Under the pieces are notes generated by a model. It had not been told where the DNA came from, searched no databases, and saw only the letters and a list, made by a program, of their open reading frames with translations. Positions 52,996 to 62,519 of a stretch of 64,000 nt of DNA are shown one piece after another (position 1 is the stretch's first letter; each line of letters opens with the position of its first letter). Source of the stretch: an uncultured bacterium. Its GTDB lineage: Bacteria; Oederibacteriota; JAAXVQ01; JAUVAV01. The stretch is taken from contig CAVQBK010000007.1 of the NCBI GenBank assembly GCA_963710755.1, forward strand, positions 1 to 64,000, read 5' to 3'. Both the position numbers and the translations under genes were made by a program.

Positions 52996-53739
52996 ATGCT
53001 GTCTTTAGGTGATCAGAAACGTTATGCCAGCCAGTTGATGCTTGATGGGATCGGGGAAGCAGGCCAAAAAAAACTATTTCATTCTTCAGTGCTGATCATT
53101 GGGGTGGGCGGTCTGGGTTCAGCCGCGGCCTTTTACCTGGCAGCAGCCGGTGTTGGCAGGATTAGTTTGCTTGATCACGATATTGTGGACTTGCCCAATC
53201 TGCAACGTCAGATTCTGCATGGACACAAGGATTTGAATCATCTGAAAGTGGTTTCGGCCCAGCGCACGCTTTTGGGGTTTAACCCTGGCTGCCGCATTGA
53301 TACCCATGCCGTGCGTCTCGATACACGCAACGTGGACCGCTATGTTCAAAATCATGACTTCATTGTCTCGGCGGTGGATAATTTTGAGACCAAATATCTG
53401 ATTAACGACAGCTGCGTGCGCCTGCAAAAACCCTTCAGCCATGGCGGTATATACGGCTTTGAAGGTCAAACGTTTACGTATGTCCCCGGTCGGGAAAATG
53501 GATGCCTGCGTTGCTTGTTGCCGGAAGCACCTGAAACCGGCAAAGCCCATACCTCCTATCCTGTTCTCGGCTCCTGCGCCGGGACCATTGGCTCAATCCA
53601 AGCTTCGGAAGCTATTAAAGTGCTGCTGAGCCTGGGTCAGACTCTTTGTAACCGCCTGCTGGTCCACGATATGAAGGCCATGACGTTTAAAGAGATGCCT
53701 TTCCAGGCAGAACCTCAGTGTCCGCTTCACCATTCTTAA
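52996..53739 (+). CDS. ThiF/MoeB/HesA family adenylyltransferase (second paralog)
   Basis: RYASQ, GVGGLG, NLQRQ, CLRC, CPLH. Confidence 0.92.
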   Translation: MLSLGDQKRYASQLMLDGIGEAGQKKLFHSSVLIIGVGGLGSAAAFYLAAAGVGRISLLDHDIVDLPNLQRQILHGHKDLNHLKVVSAQRTLLGFNPGCRIDTHAVRLDTRNVDRYVQNHDFIVSAVDNFETKYLINDSCVRLQKPFSHGGIYGFEGQTFTYVPGRENGCLRCLLPEAPETGKAHTSYPVLGSCAGTIGSIQASEAIKVLLSLGQTLCNRLLVHDMKAMTFKEMPFQAEPQCPLHHS

Positions 53740-53752
53740 CTAATCTCATTGA

Positions 53753-53794
53753 TACAAAAATGGATGTAAAAAATAATCTAAATACAATATTGTA
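53753..53794. promoter_or_regulatory. Paired palindromic upstream sites of nifA
   Basis: TACAAAAATGGA (53753) and perfect palindrome TACAATATTGTA (53783), 30 bp apart. Confidence 0.55.
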
Positions 53795-53967
53795 ATTATA
53801 AAAACAGTAACAGCATAGGTGCCCGCCAATAATCCTTTTATACCTTCCCATTCATCACCTCGGCAAACCCTTGTGATGTATGGGAAATAATAAGATAAAA
53901 TTTCATTCGCCTCAAATACCTGCGCTTGCCGCAGGGTATTGGAGTCGACGATACCACCCCACTATCT

Positions 53968-53983
53968 TGGGCACGATTTTTGC
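53968..53983 (+). promoter_or_regulatory. Sigma-54 promoter upstream of nifA
   Basis: GGCACGATTTTTGC, near-consensus -24/-12. Confidence 0.78.
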
Positions 53984-54049
53984 TTTGTTTATTAATGCCG
54001 AGTTTACAGCCATGCAGCAGGACAAGTTCCGCAAACAGAAATGGTGGCC

Positions 54050-55654
54050 ATGATGACAAACAGCTCCGAATTTCAACCGCATCGTTATCTGCAACTGTTA
54101 ACCAAGATTGCCTTTGCGCTTAATCAGCAGCAATCCCTGGACAAGACACTCGACAATAGTTTGTCCTTGATGGGGCATTACATGTCCCTGGAGCATTGCT
54201 CCATTACCTTGCTCAACCGCGAGAACAACCAAATCAGTATTGAAAAAGCCTATGGCTTATCGGCTCAGGAAAAAACGCGGGGCAAATACCAACTGGGCGA
54301 GGGTATCACCGGCACGGTGGTGAAGAACGGGCAGACGGTCATTGTGCCCAATATTTGGGAGGAACCTAAGTTTTTGGGCAAAACTCACGATCGCGCCAGC
54401 AAAGAGCCGGTATCCTTCATTTGCGTACCCATCATCTACCGCCATGAGGTTATTGGTACCTTAAGCGCCGAGCAGGTATTCCGGCCCAACGTTTATTTGG
54501 AAGAATATGCGGAAATTCTTACGGTTATTGCTTTTATGATATCAGAAGCCGTCAGCATTCTCAGGCTGGAGCAGGAAAAGGAGCATGAAGACAATATCAG
54601 GCTTAAAGAAGAAAACGACAAACTTAAGCAAGCGTTGCGTCTGAAAGAGTTGTCTACGGATATGGTGGGGACCTCCAGCGTCATGCAACAAATGATGACC
54701 TTGATTGGCAAGGCAGCCCAAAGCCATGTGACCGTATTCATTTTGGGAGAGAGCGGTGTGGGCAAGGAATTGGTGGCCAATGCCATCCACTACAACAGTG
54801 AACGCAAGGACAAGCCTTTCATCAAGTTTAATTGTGCCGCGTTGCCGGAAAGCGTGATCGAGAGCGAGTTGTTCGGGCATGAACGGGGAGCTTTTACAGG
54901 CGCGGTGATGTCCAGAAAAGGGCGATTTGAAATGGCTGATGGGGGCACTATTTTCATCGATGAAATCGGGGAAATCAGCCCGGTGGTGCAGACCAAATTG
55001 TTGCGGGTGATCCAGGAACGGGAAGTGGAGCGTCTGGGCAGCGCCAATCCCATCAAAATCAATGTGCGCATCATTACGGCCACCAACAAAAATCTGGAGG
55101 CCTTAATGGCGGCCGGGAAATTCCGGGAAGATCTGTTTTACCGGCTGAATGTGTTTCCAATTATGGTGCCGCCTCTGCGGGAACGTAAAACCGATATACC
55201 CCTGCTGACCGACTATTTCATCGAACGCTATGCCCGGGAAATGAATGTGGCTATCAAACGCATATCCACTCCGGCCATTGACATGCTCATGGCTTACCAC
55301 TGGCCTGGTAATGTGAGGGAGCTGCAGAATTGCATTGAACGGGCCGTACTGCTCAGCCATGACGGCGTTATCCGCGGCTATCATCTGCCGCCGACCTTGC
55401 AAAGCAGCATAGCCAGCGGTACGGTCTACCAGGGAACCCTGGAGGAAGCCGTAAGCAGTCTGGAAAAAGAAATAATCGTCGATGCCCTTAAGGAAAGCCA
55501 TGGCAACGTATCTCTAGCGTCGCAGAAGCTGGGATTGACCGAAAGGGTCATGGGCCTGCGGTTGAAAAAATACGATATTAATTATAAAGCCTTCCGCCAT
55601 GTGGGCGACAAATCCCATTTTGCCGTTAATCAAGACCCACCCGCCAGTTACTGA
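54050..55654 (+). CDS. nifA: NifA-like sigma-54 activator (GAF-AAA+-HTH)
   Basis: GAF (GEGITG), GESGVGKE, ESELFGHERGAFTGA, WPGNVREL, HTH; directly upstream of nifH; start could be 54041 or 54053. Confidence 0.88.
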   Translation: MMTNSSEFQPHRYLQLLTKIAFALNQQQSLDKTLDNSLSLMGHYMSLEHCSITLLNRENNQISIEKAYGLSAQEKTRGKYQLGEGITGTVVKNGQTVIVPNIWEEPKFLGKTHDRASKEPVSFICVPIIYRHEVIGTLSAEQVFRPNVYLEEYAEILTVIAFMISEAVSILRLEQEKEHEDNIRLKEENDKLKQALRLKELSTDMVGTSSVMQQMMTLIGKAAQSHVTVFILGESGVGKELVANAIHYNSERKDKPFIKFNCAALPESVIESELFGHERGAFTGAVMSRKGRFEMADGGTIFIDEIGEISPVVQTKLLRVIQEREVERLGSANPIKINVRIITATNKNLEALMAAGKFREDLFYRLNVFPIMVPPLRERKTDIPLLTDYFIERYAREMNVAIKRISTPAIDMLMAYHWPGNVRELQNCIERAVLLSHDGVIRGYHLPPTLQSSIASGTVYQGTLEEAVSSLEKEIIVDALKESHGNVSLASQKLGLTERVMGLRLKKYDINYKAFRHVGDKSHFAVNQDPPASY

Positions 55655-55696
55655 ACCAGTAAAGCCGGGAAAAATTGTCTCACTGCAATTTGCAAA

Positions 55697-55822
55697 GTAG
55701 GGGCTCGAAATTTTGAGCCCCTGCACGATATGGATTAGGCTTTCAGGTGCATGTTTTGTCTAGCGCAGGGGCGCGGCATCCCCCTTCGCTAAAGCTTCGG
55801 AGGACTAGTGCCGTGCCCCTAC
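55697..55822. repeat. Pair of GTAG-type REP palindromes, the second interrupted by another palindrome
   Basis: gtaggggctc-gaaatttt-gagcccctgc; gcaggggcgcggca[...]gtgccgtgcccctac. Confidence 0.65.
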
Positions 55823-56052
55823 CTCTCTCGCCAAATCGGAAAAATTATCTGAGCCAAAAACATAGATCTTGAAGATGCAGCAGCTAATTCTACCAAAGGG
55901 TAACATGTTGTATAGCAATCTACGTCAAGGTCATTTTCCCGACCACCAATGGTCGTTCCTTTTCCTTTGAAGCCCGTCTGAAAAAACAAACTTTGGCTTT
56001 TAAATCGAACCTTTTTCGTCCTGGAAATACTGAAGGTTCAATCCCGTAAAAC

Positions 56053-56068
56053 TTGGCATACTTCCTGC
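56053..56068 (+). promoter_or_regulatory. Sigma-54 promoter of the nifH operon
   Basis: TTGGCATACTTCCTGC. Confidence 0.82.
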
Positions 56069-56109
56069 TCTATACAAGGTCAGCAATCGTAATCGGTCCG
56101 GAGAACTAA

Positions 56110-56964
<855 letters not shown>

Positions 56965-57093
56965 CTTATCCTGCGGTTTACCGCAGAATAAATAAAAGCA
57001 AAAGGAAATTAATATTAAAGCTCATTCATTCCGGGGCAGGCTCCGGGGAATTCCGGAAACGACTTACGCCGGTAAAAAAGGAGGAAAAAGGTC

Positions 57094-57441
57094 ATGTTGA
57101 TGATTCGCTCGATAGTGAGGCCGGAAAAAGTGGACGAAGTGCTGGCCGCCTTGATGGAGGCCGGATTTCCGGCGGTAACCAAATTGAATGTGGTGGGCCG
57201 GGGTAAACAGCGGGGGATCAAAATTGGCAATGTCACTTATGATGAGATTCCCAAAGAATTGTTAATTACGGTAGTGAACTCGAAGGACAAGCAATTTGTA
57301 ATCGACACCATTATGAAGGCCGCCCGTAGCAGCAGCGGTGGCTCCTTTGGCGACGGCAAAATATTCGTATCACCTGTGGAGGAAGTTTATACCATCAGCT
57401 CCGGCATCAAGGAAACAGAGGAAGTGGGGGTGGCGTCATGA
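57094..57441 (+). CDS. nifI1: P-II family NifI1
   Basis: GRGKQRGIKIG..TYDEIPK, FGDGKIFV; lies between nifH and nifD. Confidence 0.92.
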   Translation: MLMIRSIVRPEKVDEVLAALMEAGFPAVTKLNVVGRGKQRGIKIGNVTYDEIPKELLITVVNSKDKQFVIDTIMKAARSSSGGSFGDGKIFVSPVEEVYTISSGIKETEEVGVAS

Positions 57442-57815
57442 AAGAAGTCCTGGCATTTATCCGGCCCAATAAAATCAACCCCACCAAACGGGCTCTAGCC
57501 GATGCCGGTATTTCCTCCCTTCATGCCAAGGAATGTCTGGGCCGGGGTAAAGGGTTGGTGGATTTCACCATCCTTAAAGGTGCGGAAAAAGGCTATGAAG
57601 AAGCTATTGCGCAGCTGGGGCAATCACAGCGCCTCATCCCTAAGCGCATGCTCAGCGTGGTGGTGCCCGACAAATTAACGGAAACCGTGATCAGCACGCT
57701 GATCGATATAAATCAGACCGGAAAATCAGGAGATGGCAAGATTTTTGTCCTGCCCGTATCTGAGGCCATTCGCATTCGCACCGGGGAAGACGGCGATGCG
57801 GTATTAGACGAGTAA
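57438..57815 (+). CDS. nifI2: P-II family NifI2
   Basis: GRGKG, RLIPKR, GDGKIFV; ATGA overlap with nifI1. Confidence 0.92.
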   Translation: MKEVLAFIRPNKINPTKRALADAGISSLHAKECLGRGKGLVDFTILKGAEKGYEEAIAQLGQSQRLIPKRMLSVVVPDKLTETVISTLIDINQTGKSGDGKIFVLPVSEAIRIRTGEDGDAVLDE

Positions 57816-57828
57816 AGGAGCAGGCATC

Positions 57829-59463
57829 ATGAATAAGCGCAGATTAATGGAACCACAAGAAGTCAAACAGGAATTGTTGAAGCGCTATCCGCCCAAAGTC
57901 GCCCGCAAGCGCGATAAACAAATTGTGGTCAACGAAAATGACGAGCAACAAAAAAGTCCTGAAATTAAGGCCAATACCCGTACTATCCCGGGAATCCTGA
58001 CCATGCGCGGGTGCGCTTATGCGGGATGCAAAGGGGTGGTGTTGGGCCCAACCCGGGATATCGTGCATATTGTGCACGGGCCCATTGGGTGCAGCTTTTA
58101 CGCCTGGCTTACCAGGCGCAATCAAACCAAGCCTAAATCAGACTCGGCAGAAAATTTTATGACCTACGCGCTGTCCACGGATATGCAGGAAGAAAATATC
58201 ATTTTCGGCGGCGAGAAAAAACTTAAAAAGGCCATCGAGGAGGCCATTGACCTCTTTCATCCCAAAGCCATCGGCATTTATGCCACTTGTCCGGTGGGCC
58301 TGATCGGTGATGATGTGCATGCCGTAGCCCGGGAGATGGAAGAAAAATATCCGACGGTTAATATTTTTGGGTTCAGCTGCGAAGGGTACAAAGGGGTCAG
58401 CCAATCCGCGGGTCATCATATTGCCAACAACAAGGTCTTTACCGATGTGGTAGGGCTCAATCACACCCGCAAAGAGGGCAAGTACGTGGTGAATCTGCTG
58501 GGAGAATACAACATCGGCGGCGATGCTTTTGAAATCGAGCGGCTGTTTGAAAAATGCGGCATCACCTTGCATGCCACCTTCAGCGGCAATTCGGAATATG
58601 ATGAATTCACCAGCGCTCATACAGCGGATCTTAATTTGGTGATGTGCCACCGCTCCATTAATTACATGGCGGAAATGATGGAAAAAAAATACGGCATCCC
58701 CTGGTTCAAAGTCAATTTTATCGGCGCCGAGGCCTCGGCCAAATCGTTGCGTAAAATCGCGGAATATTATGGGGACCAGGAATTAATCGACCGGGTGGAC
58801 ATGGTTTTAAAGGAAGAACTGCCGGCCGTGGAATCGGTGCAGCAGGAAATTAAAGCCCGCTGCCAAGGTAAGACCGCCATGCTCTTTGTGGGCGGTTCGC
58901 GCGCTCATCATTACCAGGAACTATTTCACGAAATCGGCATGAAAACCATCTCTGCAGGCTATGAGTTTGCCCACCGAGACGACTATGAAGGCCGGAAAGT
59001 TTTGCCGGAAATTAAGGTGGACGCCGATTCCCGCAATATCGAGGAACTATCGGTTGAACCTGATCCTGAACGATATCAAGCCAGACTGAGTGAGGCTAAA
59101 AGAAAAGTACTGGAGAAAAAAGGTCTGGCCTTATCTGACTACGAAGGCATGATGCCCTCCATGGACCGGCAAGCCTTGGTGATCGATGACCTCAATCATC
59201 ACGAAGCCGACACCCTGATCGAGCTGTACAAACCCGATATTTTTTGCGCCGGCATCAAGGAAAAATACGTGGTGCAAAAATACGGTCTGCCTTTGAAGCA
59301 ACTGCACAGTTATGATTACAGCGGTCCCTATGCCGGATTCAAAGGGGCAATCAATTTTTTTCATGAAATTGACCGGATGGTGAACAGCAAGGTCTGGGGC
59401 ATGATTCCTGCGCCTTGGGACAAGGAACCGGAAGTGGTCGGACGCTACGGTTGGGAAGCTTAA
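57829..59463 (+). CDS. nifD: MoFe protein alpha chain (Group II)
   Basis: RGCAYAG, HGPIGC, CHRS (FeMoco Cys), LHSYDY (FeMoco His), Group II insertion after AHRDDYEG. Confidence 0.97.
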   Translation: MNKRRLMEPQEVKQELLKRYPPKVARKRDKQIVVNENDEQQKSPEIKANTRTIPGILTMRGCAYAGCKGVVLGPTRDIVHIVHGPIGCSFYAWLTRRNQTKPKSDSAENFMTYALSTDMQEENIIFGGEKKLKKAIEEAIDLFHPKAIGIYATCPVGLIGDDVHAVAREMEEKYPTVNIFGFSCEGYKGVSQSAGHHIANNKVFTDVVGLNHTRKEGKYVVNLLGEYNIGGDAFEIERLFEKCGITLHATFSGNSEYDEFTSAHTADLNLVMCHRSINYMAEMMEKKYGIPWFKVNFIGAEASAKSLRKIAEYYGDQELIDRVDMVLKEELPAVESVQQEIKARCQGKTAMLFVGGSRAHHYQELFHEIGMKTISAGYEFAHRDDYEGRKVLPEIKVDADSRNIEELSVEPDPERYQARLSEAKRKVLEKKGLALSDYEGMMPSMDRQALVIDDLNHHEADTLIELYKPDIFCAGIKEKYVVQKYGLPLKQLHSYDYSGPYAGFKGAINFFHEIDRMVNSKVWGMIPAPWDKEPEVVGRYGWEA

Positions 59464-59611
59464 ACTTTCTCCGGACCGGTGCATCGACTCATTGGAGAGA
59501 AATAGCGGTTATTGATCCTGTCGAAATGACCGCAAGCAGTTACCTTCGCTTGCACCTTTACGCCGACAAACTTAGCGAGCGGTGCAGGGAGGATCCTAGG
59601 AGGTTTTCATC

Positions 59612-60979
59612 ATGTTATTAAGACATACACCCGAAAAAATAAATGAACGAGAAGCACTCACCGTCAATCCCGCCAAAACCTGCCAGCCTGTTGGTGCTAT
59701 GTATGCAGCTCTCGGTATCCACAGGTGCATGCCTCACAGTCACGGTTCTCAGGGCTGCTGCGCGTACCATCGCAGCGCCCTGACCCGCCACTACAAGGAG
59801 CCGGTGATGGCGGCTACCAGCTCTTTCACGGAAGGTTCTTCCGTGTTCGGCGGGCAGGCCAATCTTCTCGAAGCTATTAATAATATCTTTGCCATCTACG
59901 GACCGGATATCATCGCCGTGCACACCACATGTTTGTCCGAGACTATCGGCGATGATGTGCCTCAGATTATTTCCAAAGCCTTGGGTGAGAAAAAAATCCC
60001 GGAAGGCAAACTGGTCATCAGCGCCAGTACCCCCAGCTATGTGGGCAGCCATGTCACTGGGTTTTCCAACATGGTTAAAAGCATGGTGGCCAATCTATCC
60101 GCAGTGAGTGACATCCGGCTCGATCAGATAAATGTCATTCCCGGATTTGTTGAGCCCTCGGATATGGCAGAACTCAAACGGCTGCTCAAGGAAATGGGTG
60201 TGGGCAACGTTCTTTTTCCAGACACCTCCAATGTGCTCAATTCTCCGCAAACAGGAAAATATGAGATGTACCCCAAAGGGGGTACCACCATTAAAGCCCT
60301 GCGCTCCACCGGTCAGAGCCGCCATACCGTGGCTCTGGGAAAATTAGCCAGCTCGGCCGCCGGCAAGCTGTTGGATACCAAATGCAAAGTGCCCTTTACC
60401 CAGCTGGATTTGCCCATCGGGCTGCGGCTAACCGATATCTTTCTTGATAAAGTACGTCAGGTTACAGGCTTGTCTATTCCTGAGTCCATCCGGCTGGAAC
60501 GGGGGCAGGTGCTGGATGTTATTACCGATATGCATCAATATTTCTACGGTAAAACTGCGGCCTTGGTTGGAGATCCTGATCACCTGGTGGCCTTGACTCA
60601 GTTTCTGAAGGATTTGGATATCAAGGTTCGTCATGTGGTGACCGGAACACCAGGCAAGAAATTTGTAACCCGGATCAAGGAGATTGCCGGTGACGAGGTT
60701 AATGCCTTCCAGGCCAAAGATATGCTCTACTTCCATCAGTTGATTAAAAACGAACCGGTGGATTTGATTTTCGGGAACACCTACTGCAAATATATCAGCC
60801 GAGACGAGGATATTCCCTTAATAAGATTCGGGTTTCCCATTTACGACCGCGTTGGCCATCAATATATGCCCCTCCTGGGTTACCGCGGCGCCATGCGGCT
60901 GTTGGAAAAAATATTAAATGCCTTGTTGGATCGGCAGGACCGGGATGCACCGGAAGAGAGCTTTGAATTGGTGATGTGA
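59612..60979 (+). CDS. nifK: MoFe protein beta chain
   Basis: NPAKTCQPVG, HGSQGC, TTCLSETIGDD, GFPIYDR; short N-terminus. Confidence 0.97.
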   Translation: MLLRHTPEKINEREALTVNPAKTCQPVGAMYAALGIHRCMPHSHGSQGCCAYHRSALTRHYKEPVMAATSSFTEGSSVFGGQANLLEAINNIFAIYGPDIIAVHTTCLSETIGDDVPQIISKALGEKKIPEGKLVISASTPSYVGSHVTGFSNMVKSMVANLSAVSDIRLDQINVIPGFVEPSDMAELKRLLKEMGVGNVLFPDTSNVLNSPQTGKYEMYPKGGTTIKALRSTGQSRHTVALGKLASSAAGKLLDTKCKVPFTQLDLPIGLRLTDIFLDKVRQVTGLSIPESIRLERGQVLDVITDMHQYFYGKTAALVGDPDHLVALTQFLKDLDIKVRHVVTGTPGKKFVTRIKEIAGDEVNAFQAKDMLYFHQLIKNEPVDLIFGNTYCKYISRDEDIPLIRFGFPIYDRVGHQYMPLLGYRGAMRLLEKILNALLDRQDRDAPEESFELVM

Positions 60980-61002
60980 GGGAAAAGAAAAGAGGCCTGG
61001 CC

Positions 61003-62343
61003 ATGGTGGATTTACTGGATGGCAGAAAAAAACAGGTAGTCGTAAAAGGTCGGGACAGCTTCAACCTGGTCTGTGACAAGCAAAGTCTGGCCGGTTCGGT
61101 CAGCCAGCGGGCCTGTGTGTTCTGCGGCTCACGAGTGGTGCTTTATCCCATCAGTGATGCTCTGCACCTCATTCATGGGCCCGTTGGTTGCGCCGCTTAT
61201 ACTTGGGATATCCGGGGCGCTCTCTCTTCCGGTCCCCAGCTGCACCGGCTGAGTTTTTCCACCGATTTGCAGGAAACGGATGTCATCTACGGAGGGGAGA
61301 AAAAACTGGAAAGCGCTTTGAACGAACTTATCGATACGTATCATCCCAGCGCGGCCTTTGTCTATGCCACCTGCATCGTGGGCCTCATCGGCGACGATGT
61401 GGCGCGCATTTGCCGCCAGGTAAGCCGGGAAAAAAATCTGCCTGTGATCCCCGTGCATTCGGAAGGTTTTAAAGGCACCAAAAAGGACGGCTACAAGGCG
61501 GCTTGCGAAAGTTTGATGATCCTCGTGGGCACCGGCTCCACCGAAGAAATCACGCCGGTTAGCATCAATATTCTGGGCGAATTTAATCTGGCCGGGGAAT
61601 CGTGGATCATTAAGGAATATTACCGGCGTATGGGTGTGGAGGTGGTCTCCATCATGACCGGGGACAGCAGGGTGGCGGAACTCCGCAAAGCCCATGGCGC
61701 GGCTCTGAACGTGGTGCAATGCTCGGGCTCCATGACCAGCTTGGCCAAGATGATGAATGAAAAATATGGCATTCCTTTCATACGTGTCTCTTATTTCGGA
61801 TTGGAAGACACTGCCCAGGCTTTGTATGACGTGGCCGCCCATTTTGACAAATACCCATTGGTTATGGAAAAAACCAAGGTCCTGGTGGCTGCAGAGATCA
61901 ACCGCCTAATCCCGCAGCTCAAGTACTATCGCCAACAACTGCAGGGGCGCAAAGCCGCTATTTATGTGGGCGGTGCGTTTAAACTTTTTTCACTGCTCAA
62001 AGCTCTGCGGCTGCTGGGGATGCAAACTGTGGTGGCCGGGTCTCAGACCGGCAGTGCCGAGGACTATGAACGGCTTAAGGAAAGTTGCGATGAAGGCACC
62101 ATTATTGTCGATGATTCCAATCCTCTGGAATTATCCAAATTTGTAATGGAGAAAAAAGCGGATTTGTTTATCGGCGGGGTTAAGGAACGGCCCATTGCCT
62201 ACAAGCTGGGCATCGGCTTTTGCGACCATAACCATGAGCGCAAGCAAGCTTTAGCGGGATTCGAAGGCATGCTTAATTTCGCCAAAGAAGTTTACGCTTC
62301 GGTCATGAGCCCCGTATGGGACATGATCCGAAGCCGGTATTAG
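61003..62343 (+). CDS. nifE: FeMo-cofactor scaffold NifE
   Basis: SQRACVFCG, HGPVGCAAYTWDIRG, VVQCS, DHNHER. Confidence 0.95.
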   Translation: MVDLLDGRKKQVVVKGRDSFNLVCDKQSLAGSVSQRACVFCGSRVVLYPISDALHLIHGPVGCAAYTWDIRGALSSGPQLHRLSFSTDLQETDVIYGGEKKLESALNELIDTYHPSAAFVYATCIVGLIGDDVARICRQVSREKNLPVIPVHSEGFKGTKKDGYKAACESLMILVGTGSTEEITPVSINILGEFNLAGESWIIKEYYRRMGVEVVSIMTGDSRVAELRKAHGAALNVVQCSGSMTSLAKMMNEKYGIPFIRVSYFGLEDTAQALYDVAAHFDKYPLVMEKTKVLVAAEINRLIPQLKYYRQQLQGRKAAIYVGGAFKLFSLLKALRLLGMQTVVAGSQTGSAEDYERLKESCDEGTIIVDDSNPLELSKFVMEKKADLFIGGVKERPIAYKLGIGFCDHNHERKQALAGFEGMLNFAKEVYASVMSPVWDMIRSRY

Positions 62344-62519
62344 CATCCGGCGGGCGTTTGTTCGAAAAGTAGGGAACAGGCCACTTGCCCGGCTCATGCT
62401 GGATGCCTGTACCCTGCAAAAAATGGAGTTCATCCCGTTTTTCCCGAAGGCTTGCGATTGACTTTCTTTTATTAACAAGCAGGCAGGGATCAGGGGAAAA
62501 AAATAATCCGGTGAGTGCT

